From Octopus vulgaris (lineage: Eukaryota), in NCBI GenBank assembly GCA_951406725.2, contig OX597839.1:40176001-40240000 (forward strand): a DNA stretch of 64,000 bases. The letters run 5' to 3'. The stretch's first letter is position 1, and each line of letters begins with the position of its first letter. This document shows, one piece after another, positions 1-13,683 of this stretch. The notes under the pieces are model-generated. The model was given only the letters and a program-made list of their open reading frames with translations, searched no databases and was not told the origin of the DNA. A program made the position numbers and the translations under genes.

Positions 1-313
1 TAGCTCGTATTGTGATTGTAAGAATGGAAAGCAGGGTGGCTTGAGAGCGAAATAAAGCGAAAGTGTGAGCTTTTGTGAAAGTCCATAATGGCTATTCGTG
101 TCGTTCCTGTTGTTGTTGTTGTTGTTGTTATTGTTGGTGTGGTGGTCATTGTCCTGTTGTCCAGCTGAGGTGACTAGTGTTACTGGAATATCTTCATGTG
201 CACACACATGCAAACGCACACACATACACTCACACGTACATTCACACACATATTTATATGCATATATATCTATATCTATATCAATCTATCTATCTACCTA
301 TCCACCTATACAT

Positions 314-392
<79 letters not shown>

Positions 393-777
393 CATACATA
401 TGTATAGATATACGTACGTTTATATATATATACATATATATTATTTTACATATATATATAGATATGCATGTGTGAATGTATGCACACATGTAATGCATGT
501 ATGAATATTTGTACAGTTACTTCCATACGCATGCATACAAACGTACACACGCACACACACACACACACACACCCACACACATATATATGCATATGTAGAT
601 ATCATCTCAAAATATATACGAATAATAACCACATGCACACAAATATACACACATATATATATGTATATATATATACATATGTTTCATGCATACATATACA
701 CACGCATATGTATATATCCATGTATCACACCATATATCTATGCGTGTATGTGTGTGTGTGTGTGAGTGTGTGTGTGT

Positions 778-821
<44 letters not shown>

Positions 822-1130
822 TTGCTTGTTTGCTTGTTTGTTAATATATGCTTGCATTGAAAATTTACAGCGTTCGTTACTTCGAATTTCACGCTATATC
901 TTGTCTCCACGGTTAATTTGTATTATCGCTTAAAAGCTGATATAAAGATATATAAGTCTGGTCAAACTGATGCTCATAAATACTAAGATTCTAACGTTTA
1001 TTGGTTAAATTTTAAACGTTTACCACCGTCAAGGGAAATAATAGAGATGAACTATAACTATAAATATAAAGGAAAAGAACTGAACTGTTAGACAAAGGTA
1101 AACATGGGGTGAAGGATGCAAATCACTATG

Positions 1131-1285
1131 TGCTTGGCTGTGTGGTTAAGAAGCTCAATTTGCAACCATGTGATTATGGAATCAGTTCCACTGCTCAGAA
1201 CCTTGGGCAAGTGTTTCCTGCTGTAGCTTCGGACCGGCCAGTACTTGTGAGTGAATTTAGACAGAAGCTATTTAAGCACATCGTA

Positions 1286-1370
<85 letters not shown>

Positions 1371-1687
1371 GCCTATCTATCTCTCTGTCTATGTGTCTGT
1401 GTGTCTGTCAGTCTGCCTCTGTCTGTCTGTCTCTCTCTCCCTCTCTCTGTATATTTACAAGTGTGTGTGTGCGCGCGTGTATGTGTGTGTATGTATTTCT
1501 TTGTTTGCGTTCACGTTTCCCCCTCCGCAGCACTTGACAACTGTCGCCTATTTGCTTGCGTCTCCGTAAGCTAGCGTTTCAGCAAAACAGAACAATTGAA
1601 TAAGCAGTTGAACCGACTAAACACTCCAAATCGATGCCCCAGCAGGGCCACGTTCTGATGACTGAAAGAAATAAATGAAGGTAAAAG
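1131..1687 (+). mobile_element. Old, diverged SINE family B copy with expanded internal microsatellites
   Basis: Degenerate match to 57091-57509 (ggctgtgtggttaagaagc...ccttgggcaagtgt...cttgacaac...tgactgaaa). Confidence 0.65.
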
Positions 1688-1699
1688 ACGAAGGTGCTT

Positions 1700-3200
1700 A
1701 AATTCAATGTGATATTTTAAAGACAATAAATACAATAGCAAACATGGTCGTTTAACATTGTTGAATATTATCCATTAATTTTTTTAAAGTTCTTTACTCT
1801 GAATACTTTAGAGTCTGGCAACGATATATATTCCTCCATTAAGGATTTCATAGTGTTGGTAAACATACCGGGTAACATCGTTTTAAATATTCGGCTACAG
1901 ATTTAGATTTAAAGCTAATGGGCGTTAAGCTCCTTGATCACAAGATGAAGATAGGTTAAGTGGCTTGCAGGGAAATATATTTTACATTCACTACAAAGGG
2001 TGTTCCATTTCATTGATTTGGCATTTATAGAGATGATGGTTTGTTGTTCCCTTTTCTAAGATTGGCCTCCAGATCTATAGAATTAGGAAAGTCTTACTTA
2101 ATAACTTCTAGACGTCAGTAAGGTTAAATCTGTGATTATAGGAAGCCAAATGAAAATCTACCGAATAAAAATAAAATTTCTAATCCCGCTTTTATATATT
2201 TCGAAGAATTTAGTAAAAAATATTAGCCACCCCATATCCAAAATTTTATCTGATGAAATCTTTAACAGTGGCTCACTTTAAAACCCCATCCATCTTGAGA
2301 GTGTGTTCTCCCTAGGGAAAATAGTGTATATTTTAAATCAATTGCTTGTAGGGAGACCGTACTTTGTTATACGACCGTTACATATTACCAAGTACATTAA
2401 AAGGCTTTATAAATCAGAACTGTTTCCCAATTGTGTTAGCAGAGTTATTTAAACACATTTTAAAGCTATCTCTACAGATTTTTTAATAAAAATTAGCTCC
2501 AGCACTAAAACATGTATATAAATCCTTTATCTATTTTTCTATCTGCGATGCATTCGTATAAGAAGATCGTTACTTTCAGTGCTGGCTCTAAATTCTATAG
2601 CAAATCTGTAAAGACAAATTTAAAAAGTAATTACATCGCGCTGCTTACACAGGTGGGACCCTGTATCGACAAGCTTAATATAGCTTGTAGTGTATTATAG
2701 TTGCACAAGGTAATACTTGTCCCTACCAGCATTTAATATGCACGTACCAGTTGCCAGGAATGTGAATATTTTGTAAAGTTAGTCCATCCAATTGTGTAAC
2801 AGCGTTAAATTTGGCAGCTATTTAAGCAGTGTGTCCGTGGATGGTTAATGTTTTGAATGTGGCGCTGACGAAGGGGAAAGAACTTCTGAAATATGCATAT
2901 ACACCCGTTATCTCTACTTTCTATCTTCGGTGGCATTGTTTACATAGAAGTATTTTTATACAAAACGTCGTGACTTTCAATGATAGATCGGATTCAGATA
3001 GAAAGTCTGGAGAGATATCTTTAAAAAGTGATTCTAAATTAAATATCTTAAATAACTTCTATAATCGAAAAATGCTGCGAAAGCGTAAAAAAAGATCCTA
3101 TGAATGTTCATGAAACATTAACGGAATAGTTATTCCATCACCTTTAGGCTACAACAGCCAGAATAAAGAACTGCATAATTTCAACTTCTATTCAATAATT
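1700..3200 (+). mobile_element. Highly decayed Penelope-like retroelement (RT, possibly GIY-YIG region), with stops and frameshifts
   Basis: Manual translation gives ordered PLE RT-like motifs: FNIVEYYPLI (1751), FGIYRDDGLL (~2017-2046), YRKPNEN...SNP (~2136-2186), ISKILSDEIFNS (~2234). Boundaries approximate. Confidence 0.65.
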
Positions 3201-3398
3201 TCTTTTACTATCTCTCTTTCTAGCTTTTAATTTGTTATCAAGACCTAATGTCTGAATCTCTCTGTGTATATACATATATATGTACACATTCATAAATATA
3301 TGCGTGATATATATGTATATATTGATATATTAATAATAAATTCTCCTATATTCCATCTTCCAACTTTTATTTACCATATATATATATATATATATATG

Positions 3399-3508
<110 letters not shown>

Positions 3509-3788
3509 AATTGTGTTTAGATAATGTTGTTTCTCCCGTTAGTTTCCTATCTCTTAATCATTTTATTCATGAAACTGCGACTGCAACACATTTTTTAAGC
3601 CTAGTACTTATTTCGTCTGTTTCGTTTTGCTGAACCGCTATATAACGGGTACGTAAGCAAAGCCCAGCGTAGTCTAGCAGTGGATAGTGGGGAACAAGCA
3701 CTGACACAATCACACACACACATACACACACACGTACACACACATATATGTATATATGTGTTTATATATATATATATATATATATATA

Positions 3789-3998
3789 GTTAATCCAAAC
3801 AAGAAAGCACAAAAAAACACAACAACGCGAGGACGTGGAACAAATATAGTATTATTGGACGCCCAGGAAAGAAGGGAAGAAGGAGGGTTTAACGTTTCGA
3901 GCGGAGCTCTTCGTCGGAAACATGGGAGAAGGAAAGATCCCAAGAAGGGAAGACAGAGGAAAAAAAATCCCCAAGGGCACACACGAGGTCACATTTTG

Positions 3999-4000
<2 letters not shown>
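3789..4000 (-). mobile_element. Short (TA)n-flanked Penelope pLTR-like element carrying a hammerhead-like motif
   Basis: ~210 bp unique block between two (TA)n runs; contains the motif at 3887-3921 and downstream similarity to 26130-26252 and 51660-51866. Confidence 0.55.
3887..3921 (-). ncRNA. Minimal type I hammerhead-ribozyme-like motif (U4C core variant)
   Basis: Minus strand GTTT-CCGACGA-A-GAGC(TCC)GCTC-GAAA-CG-TT-AAAC: stem I GTTT/AAAC, stem II, palindromic ACGT stem III. Confidence 0.55.
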
Positions 4001-4036
<36 letters not shown>

Positions 4037-5239
4037 GCGACGGTTTCTTCAAAATTCCGTCTAGCAAATCCACTGCTGAGGCCTTGGTTGGCTCGTGGCT
4101 ATAGTAAAAGAGAAACATGTTGATAGTAAGGAAACGCTTTATCTGTGTCTACACTGTATACATTTTTGATGGATTGTGGAATTTTTTCCGTTGGTGGTGG
4201 TCTTGATATGTGATTTCGTAAAGACGTTAAATTATTATTTATAGTGCTTTAAATGGTGCTGCAGATATCCCGCAGTCTTATATATCAATCTGCTGGAGTT
4301 CTTGCTGGGTTTATCATTTTTGACATAAATACATACGCAAGTTCCTTGCGTGATGTTAATTTAGTTTTGAGCGAATTTAGAGCATTAATTATTTTATTTA
4401 GTGTGTTTCTAACTCAGTTGTGATAAACTGCTTGATAAGTATTTCATCTTTAGGTGTGTATGTGATTAAACGTGACATCAACGAGAACAAATACATTAAG
4501 GAAACTGCATTTATCGATATCGAAGTAAAACTCCGAATACTAAGTAAAACAAAACAGCATTTTGTAATGGAAATCCGAACTAATATCTACATGTCGCCAT
4601 CAGAATGATTTCTTCATTTTTAATAATAACAAAACGTGCGAAACGTTTGACCCACGAAATATGGATCAGCATTCGGCTGGAGGTGTACCATCGCAAAACC
4701 TGGACGAAGCAGACCAGGGAGCAACGAAAAAGTTCATCACATATCTGTTGTATTGTTCGGACATATTACAGCTCATATAAGAAAATGTGTTCGTTTTCTC
4801 CGGTCACAAAACATTCGAGTAACTGCTATGGAATAGGTCAATCGAATACATACAAATAATTTCCGTAACACAATGTATTGAAGACATTTCATCAGTGATT
4901 TAATATTCTTTTTAGCTTTGCCTGGGATTGCTATTCAAGGATTAGAACTCAAGTAAACTGGTTAGAGCGATTTGCATAAACGACGCTTTCCTGGACAGCG
5001 GGTTCGGCTGCTTGAATTCTGATGGGAACGATGGTAAAGCCGAAGGGTCTTACTATTGGAAAATGCTTCGTAATTGCGTTTCCCTTGGTCATCATTAATG
5101 ACGTGGAAAGGGACAACTGGGAGCATGCCGCAAAATATTCCTTTGGTTTGTTCATTGAGGAGGAACACTCCAGATGCAAATAAAGAAACCTTCCGTAAAA
5201 GGAGAGAGTTAATATATATATTTATTTAACGAAAAGATT

Positions 5240-5249
5240 TACACACACA

Positions 5250-5308
<59 letters not shown>

Positions 5309-5503
5309 ACACACACACACACAGACACACACAGAGACACAGACACACACACAGAGACACACACACAGAGACACACACACACACACACAGACACACACAC
5401 AGAGACACACACACACACACACACACATACACACACATACACACACACACACACATACACACACACACACGCACATACACACGCACACACACGCAAACAC
5501 ACA

Positions 5504-5547
<44 letters not shown>

Positions 5548-5562
5548 CGCAGACACACACAC
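5240..5562. repeat. (CA)n microsatellite with CAGA interruptions
   Basis: Directly visible. Confidence 0.95.
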
Positions 5563-5733
5563 ATGTATATGTCAGTCCATCCATGTTTCGAATATTATTT
5601 ATACATTTTCACCTCTCTCTCTCTCTCTCTCTCTATCCTCCTTATTTTCTTTCCTTCTTTCTATCTTTGTTCATTTGTTACTTTCTTTCCTTCTTTCTCT
5701 CTCTGTCTCTGTCTCTCCCCTCTCTCTCTCTGG

Positions 5734-5769
<36 letters not shown>

Positions 5770-6450
5770 CTGCCTTTCTCTCATTCACTGTTACCTTATC
5801 CCTTAGCATTTCATTTTCTACAGAATCTTACATCTCTTCCATTTCTCTCTCTCTCTCTCCCCACTTCTCTTTCCCACTCTTTCTCTTTCTCTCTCTCTCT
5901 CTCTCTCTTCCACTTAGCAGTTTCTCTCATTCCTACGTTTCCTTATCTCTGTCTTTACCTCCTACTTCACTCTCCCACGTAACCCCCTCCCCTTCATCCC
6001 CCCCCGCTTGCATGCAGATATATAAGCAGTATTCATCAATCATTACCACAATGTTAGAAAGATAATGGCTTTATATACTCGTTTGTTAGATGAAACACAC
6101 AAACCTACACATACATACACACACACACACACACACATATATATACATACATACAATACATATATACATACATATACACTTATACACGCACATGTATTTA
6201 TACATGTGTATGTTAAGTACGTAGATACGTATGTATATATATATTATATACATACATAGATTTATATATATATATATATGTATATATGTGTACATACATA
6301 CATACATACACTTATACACACATACATACATTCATATATACATACATATATATATATATGTACATACATACATACATATGTATATACAGACATTCATATA
6401 TATATATATGTATATTTATATATATATATATGTATATATATATATGTATT

Positions 6451-6511
<61 letters not shown>

Positions 6512-6684
6512 ATGTATATATGGATAAACATACAACCACACGTTCAAACATGCTGTCGCACATTCATGTATATACACATATTCACACCCGCCTATTCAAA
6601 TATATTCAAACGCATGCACACTCACACAGGCACCCCTAAAATATACACACTCGCACTTAACTATATCAATATAGTATTCATGGT

Positions 6685-6889
6685 AGGGTGGCGAGCTAGC
6701 AGAAACGTTAGCATACTTAGCAGTATTTTATCTGCCGCTACGTTCAGAGTTCAAATTCCGCCGAGGTCGACTTTGCCTTTCATTCTTTCGAAGTCGATTA
6801 AATAAGTACCAGTTACGCACTGGGGTCGATATAATCGACTTAATCCGTTTGTCTGTCCTTGTCTGTGCGTAGCCCCTAGTGGGCAGTAA
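6685..6889 (+). mobile_element. SINE family A copy
   Basis: ggcgagctagcagaaacgttagca...gagttcaaattcc (B-box-like)...ttcattctttcgaagtcgattaaataagtaccag; many copies in window. Confidence 0.9.
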
Positions 6890-7247
6890 GATTAAGTCGA
6901 TTATATCGACCTCAGTGCGTAACTGGTACTTATTTAATCGACTTCGAAAGGATAAAAGGCAAAGTCGACCTCGGCGGAATTTGAACTCTGAACGTAGCGG
7001 CAGACGAAATACCTATTTATTTACTACCCACAAGGGACTAAACACAGAGGGGACAAACAAGGACAGACAAATGGATTAAGTCGATTATATCGATCCCAGT
7101 GCGTAACTGGGACTTAATTTAATGACCCCGAAAGGATGAAAGACAAATTCGACCTCAGCGGAATTTGAACTCAGAACGTAACGGCAGACGAAATACGGAT
7201 TACGCATTTCGCCCGGCGTGCTAACGGTTCTGCCATCTCCCCGCCTT
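6890..7247 (-). mobile_element. SINE family A tandem dimer (full copy 7014-7247 plus headless partial 6890-7013)
   Basis: Reverse complement of family A; junction GAAATACC|TATTT at 7013/7014. Confidence 0.9.
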
Positions 7248-7426
7248 ACAAGAAACACAGTATGAATGACAATAAACCACAAGAGCAACAACAATAACAA
7301 CAGCAACTACAACAATCACAACTATCACCAGCACCATCACCTCTCCCACCACTACTACCACCAATACCACGAACATCAACAACAACCACAACATACGCAA
7401 CAGCGACAACCACTACCACATGAACC

Positions 7427-7653
7427 TATTTCTTTATTACCCACAAGGGGCTAAACATAGAGGGGACAAACAAGGACAGACATAGGTATTAAGTCTATTA
7501 CATCGACCCCAGTGTGTAACTGGTACTTTAATTTATCGACCCCGAAAGGATGAAAGGCAAAGTCGACCTCGGCGGAATTTGAACTCAGAACGTAACGACA
7601 GACGAAATACCACTAAGCATTTTATCCGGCGTGCTAACGTTTCTGCCAGCTCG
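7427..7653 (-). mobile_element. SINE family A copy with 16-bp TSD
   Basis: CACTACCACATGAACC at 7411-7426 and 7654-7669 flanks the copy. Confidence 0.92.
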
Positions 7654-8047
7654 CACTACCACATGAACCATCAAAGCAACAACAATAACAACAACGAAAG
7701 GAGCAACGATCACAACTACAACCATAACAACCACCACTAAGCCACTACCACCACTACAACAATCACAACTACAAGACTACGATGGTGACGACCACAGCGG
7801 ACCGATCGATTGTTCTCAGCACCAACAGGTTATATTTGGAATATATTCTACTGCAATCCATTTTGGTGGAATATATTATTCTCTGGGGTATATAACATTA
7901 TCTGAGCAAACTCCTCTATCATTCTTGGTATATTTATGTTTATACACGCATACATATATGCTTGTATGCATACATACACATATACGTATATTCGCCTATG
8001 CATTTATATATATATATAAGTTTATAAATATATATAAACACACGGAT

Positions 8048-8123
<76 letters not shown>

Positions 8124-8297
8124 ATGCATACATACACACATTCACGCATATATACACACACATATATGTACAAATATAGATACACATGCACATATACACA
8201 CTAACATACATACAGCTACCTTGATATGTGTTCGATCACACACATATATACACATTATTAGAGGCATATACATATATATGCGTGCGTGTTTGCGTAC

Positions 8298-8401
<104 letters not shown>

Positions 8402-8476
8402 TACTTATATGTATATAAATATGGATGTATCTTTATATGTGTGTGTGTCTGCATACATACATGCATACATACATAC

Positions 8477-8567
<91 letters not shown>

Positions 8568-8884
8568 CATACATATACACACATATATAATCATAATTTT
8601 CTTTTGAAAAGCATAGAAACCATGGAAGTGCTCGATTCAGACCCGAGACGCTAAACAAGTATAAGAGATACAAAGAGGTTCAAATCCGGCAGACTACGAT
8701 TGATACATACATATACGGATTTAATTATGATACAGTTGCCCAATCTAAAACATATATTAATCCATTCGGAATATAAAGAAATAGAAATATAAAAATATAT
8801 GAATGCTAAAAATATGCAGGGATAAATAAATATATATATAAGCATTAGATATATAAGCATAATAGCTAAGAACATCGATAAAAA

Positions 8885-9290
8885 GGAGTGGCTGTGTGGT
8901 AAGTAGCTTGCTAACCAGCCACATGTTTCCGGGTTTAGTCCCACTGCGTGGCACCTTGGGCAAGTGTCTTCTACTATAGCCTCGGGCCGACCAATGCCTT
9001 GTGAGTGGATTTGGTAGACGGAAACTGAAAGAAGACCGTCGTATATATGTATATATATATATGTGCGCGTGTGTGTGTGTTTGTGTGTCTGTGTTTGTTC
9101 CCCTAGCATTGCTTGACAACCGATGCTGATGTGTTTACGTACCCGTCACTTAGCGGTTCGGCAAAAGAGACCGATAGAATAAGTACTGGGCTTACAAAGA
9201 ATAAGTCCCGGGGTCGATTTGCTTGACTAAAGGCGGTGCTCCAGCATGGCCGCAGTCAAATGACTGAAACAAGTAAAAGAGTAAAAGAGT
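8885..9290 (+). mobile_element. SINE family B (tRNA-like head, CORE-like ccttgggcaagt segment, internal TA/TG microsatellite, AAAAGAGT-repeat tail)
   Basis: High similarity to 57091-57509, 43801-44148 and reverse copies. Confidence 0.9.
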
Positions 9291-9516
9291 ATGTATATAT
9301 ATATATAAGCATAATAGATAAGAATATGGATAAAAATATCGATGAAAATAATGAAATATCGAAAGACATTTCTTTTAAAAATTCGAAATAAATTATGGAA
9401 TGGAGGGAGTAGTAGATGCCTAAAAAGAGTTTTTGGTACCAAGTTGAAAGGAAATAAAGTACTCCGACGATCGTACATACAAAGAGTACATGTGAATCTT
9501 CCGATTCACTTCCAAG

Positions 9517-9522
9517 GATGAC

Positions 9523-9559
<37 letters not shown>

Positions 9560-10057
9560 ATGATGATGATGATGATGATGACGACGATAATGATGATGAC
9601 GACGTTGATGATGATGACGATGATGATGATGATGATGATGACGATGACGATGACGATGATGACGATGATGATGCTGATGATGATGATGATGATGATGACG
9701 ATGATGATGATGACGATGATGATGATGATGATGATGATGATGGTGGTGGCGGCTATCATCAGGGGAAAAGAACAAAATATGCATTCTCTGGATATATGTA
9801 GCTGTGTTGTGTATGACAGTACGTATACGCATGTCTATCCTTGTGTGTGTGCATGTGTGTGTGTGCGTGTGTGTCATTATTTACATACCAGTAAAACACC
9901 CATAATTCATACCAACATTCGTTCAAACTGCCATTTTGCTTTTCTGCTCAACGTAATTGTGCGGCGTTACAAGTGGTTGCTTTTGTTGGTGTTGTTGTTG
10001 TTGGTGGTGGTGCTGGTGGTGATGAAGGTTATGATGATGATTATGATGAGGATGATG

Positions 10058-10094
<37 letters not shown>

Positions 10095-10095
10095 C

Positions 10096-10157
<62 letters not shown>

Positions 10158-10294
10158 GGAGGATGATGATGAGGATGATGATGAGGATGATGATGATGAT
10201 GATGAGGAGGATGATGATGAGGATGATGAGGATGATGATGAGGATGATTATGATGAGGATGATGATGATGATGATGATGATGAGGATGAGGATG

Positions 10295-10332
<38 letters not shown>

Positions 10333-10364
10333 AATGATGATGATGATGGTGATGGTGATGGTGG
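9517..10364. repeat. (GAT)n/(GAC)/(GAG) trinucleotide arrays (two blocks)
   Basis: Directly visible. Confidence 0.9.
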
Positions 10365-10813
10365 TTGACACTAGGAGCAACATTTAGTATTGTGCACATC
10401 ATAGGTACCGAAGAGCAGATTTAATGATTTTAAAGACAATAACTTATAAATAAATGAATAAATAATTATTTACGTAATTACGAAACACATGAAAATAGCA
10501 ATAGATATTCTGTCTGTGTGTCACGCTGACAGTCTCTTAAGAGACGTCTGAATGTGTTTATTTCCACATAGGTGGGCGTCACCTCCACCATTCTCTATAA
10601 ATCGTTTTCTATTACTTTATCGATCTATTCATTTATATACCTCCACAACCAGCTGTCTGTCTCGCTGGCTGTCTGTCAATTTGTCTATCCGTCTATTTAT
10701 TATGTTATATATACCGCCTCCCGACTCTGAATATATATATATATGTGTGTGCATGTGTGTGTGCGTGTGCGTTTGAGTGCATATGAGTGTGTGTGTAAAT
10801 ATGTATATACATA

Positions 10814-11266
10814 TATAGGCGCAGAAGTGGCTATATAGGCGGAGGTGTGGCTGTGTGGTTAGTAGCTTGCTTACCAACCACATGGTTCCGGATTCAGTTC
10901 CACTGCGTGGCACCTTGGTCAATAATTTTCTATTATAGCCTCGGGCCGACCAAAGCCTTGTGAGTGGATTTAGTAGGCGGAAACTGAAAGAAGCTCGTCG
11001 TATATATATATATATATATAAATGATGTAGCGTGAAACGATCGTACGAAATAACCGTTCTTGTTGCTTATTTTGATTATAATGGCCCCATGGATTTTTAT
11101 GGATAACACCATACAAAATTCTGGTGCATCTAACTTAAGTACCATATTCATTTGAATCTAAATTTTGTGTGTGCGTGTGTGTTTGTGTGTCTGTTTGTCC
11201 CCCCAACATCGCTTGATATCCGATGCTGGTGCGTTTACGTCCCCGTAACTTAGCGGTTCAGCAAAA
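10814..11266 (+). mobile_element. SINE family B copy, interrupted at 11019-11166 and 3'-truncated
   Basis: Head and body match family B; resumes at 11167 and ends at gcaaaa 11266. Confidence 0.85.
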
Positions 11267-11527
11267 TTTAGATTCAAATGAATATGGTACTTAAGTTAGA
11301 TGCACCAGAATTTTGTATGGTGTTATCCATAAAAATCCATGGGGCCATTATAATCAAAATAAGCAACAAGAATACCTTCGGTAATTTGGTACGATCGTTT
11401 CCCGTTACATCATTTTATTAAATGTTGTAAGTATTTTAAAACCATTGTAATACTTACAACATTTAATAAAATGATGTAGCGCGAAACGATCGTACCAAAT
11501 TACCGAAGTTATTCTTGTTGCTCATTT

Positions 11528-11530
<3 letters not shown>
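11019..11530. repeat. Triple alternating inverted repeat
   Basis: ~11057-11167 is the exact reverse complement of 11262-11372; 11353-11435 is near-complementary to 11449-11530. Confidence 0.9.
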
Positions 11531-11592
<62 letters not shown>

Positions 11593-11595
11593 CAA

Positions 11596-11848
11596 TTTTA
11601 TATAAATATAATTATAAAATTACCGTAAGGATAACTACGAAGTAATGCCACATGCTAGAAGAAGACTCGAAATGGCTCTAAATTGCATTTTGAAGCCATA
11701 GACGCGCTGAAAGTGAGGGAATGAACAAAAAAGTTTTTGTGAAAAGGATAATGGTCGATATCAGGTTTAGCCTTCTTCTAGCGTGTGGCATTACTTCATA
11801 GTTGCCCTTATTATAATTCTATAATTTTATAATTATATTCATAAAATT
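11596..11848. repeat. Imperfect foldback element (~70-bp arms) next to (TA)n
   Basis: taactacgaagtaatgccacatgctagaagaagact vs agccttcttctagcgtgtggcattacttcatagttg, with arms extending outward. Confidence 0.8.
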
Positions 11849-11940
11849 CAATACTTTGTACTAATTTTTACTTTAATTGATTATTACATGCTAGCTGAGA
11901 AAATCCTTGATTGATTCTTATCCTTGATTTTTAAGAGATA

Positions 11941-12404
<464 letters not shown>

Positions 12405-12670
12405 GAAATATGTTACAAAAAGAAAATATAAAATACACGTGGAAATGTAAGGGTAAAATATGAAAAAATCAACGAAAATGCACATTGCAAATAAGAAAAA
12501 AGACTATTTATGACAGGTAACGACAAATGTATAGATTTAGATGGGATGAGGTAGTAATAAGAGCCATAAAAGTCATTATTATGAGATGATTATAAGATGA
12601 TAATAAAGTAAGAAAACAAAACGAACCATGGTTTACATAAAGCTATTCGTCGCTTGAAAAACACCGGCTG

Positions 12671-12709
<39 letters not shown>

Positions 12710-12799
12710 CTATCTATCGATTTATGTATGTAGTTCCTTATCTTTTCCCAGGGTTTATCTCAGTTTGTATGTATATATGTATGTATGAAAGTATCATTC

Positions 12800-13190
12800 A
12801 TCTTTTACTTGTTTCAATCATTAAGACTGTGGCCTTGCTGGGGCATCACAATCAACAATTTTAGTCGTACGAATCGATCCCAGTACTACTTTTTCTAATA
12901 CAGGTACTTATCATAGTAGCCTCTTTTGTCGTACGGAGACGTAAATACAACACACCACAATTGCAAGGTCGTGAGTTCGATTCGTGGCGGCGCGTTGTAC
13001 CCTTGAGCAAGACACTTTATTTCACGTTGCAGCAGTCGACGTAGTTGGCGAAGAAGAGTAGGACCTCGTGTCACCTTGAGCCTTCTTGAGAACTACGTTG
13101 AGGGTAATCGTGCCTGTGGAGTGCTCACCCACTCCCATATTAATTTCACGAACAGGCTTTTCTATTGACCGGATCAATTGGAATAGTTGT
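12800..13190. mobile_element. Diverged SINE fragments: family B 3' half (-, ~12800-12955) and family C/D-like piece (+, ~12965-13190)
   Basis: ttttacttgtttcaatcatt...; gagttcgattc...ttgagcaagacactttatttcacg...gagaactacgttgagggt. Confidence 0.6.
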
Positions 13191-13502
13191 ATAAAACACA
13201 TTTCAGTACCGGTTTCAGCCATTGAGACTTTTTCAACTGAAAGTATGGAGAACAATTAAATTTTGGAAAAATTAAAGGAAATTTTTTTCAAAAATATATT
13301 TTTTATAGTATTCAAATTCAATTTGAAAGAAACAGCTTTACTCAAATGGAGATGACTATAATGGCCGTAATGCATTGATACTTGGACATCCTTGTTTCTA
13401 AGTTACAGTCTGTTCACCTAAGTGGGAGCTGTACGGACTATTCTAAACTATCAAGTTGCCTCAATATAAGTATCTAATTGAACTGAATATAAACTATATA
13501 TA

Positions 13503-13650
13503 TGATGGGCCTCTTTCGGTTTCCGCTTACCAAAACCACTCAGAGACAGTTCTAGTCTGCCAAGGATATAGTAGAAGGTACTGGGAAAAGTGCACCGCAG
13601 GGGGACTGAACCAGGAACTATACAGCTGGGAAGCAAACGTCATACCACGC
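13503..13650 (-). mobile_element. Diverged SINE family B 5' half
   Basis: Degenerate match (ctttcggtttccgcttaccaaaaccactca...gggactgaaccaggaac). Confidence 0.55.
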
Positions 13651-13683
13651 ATAAAAAGAAATGACAACTTTAAAATTTTCTCA

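Noticed and set aside
9518-10402. Poly-Met/Asp/His ORFs (acidic, biomineralisation-like protein)
   Set aside because: (GAT)n array open in several frames on both strands; no unique domain or splice context
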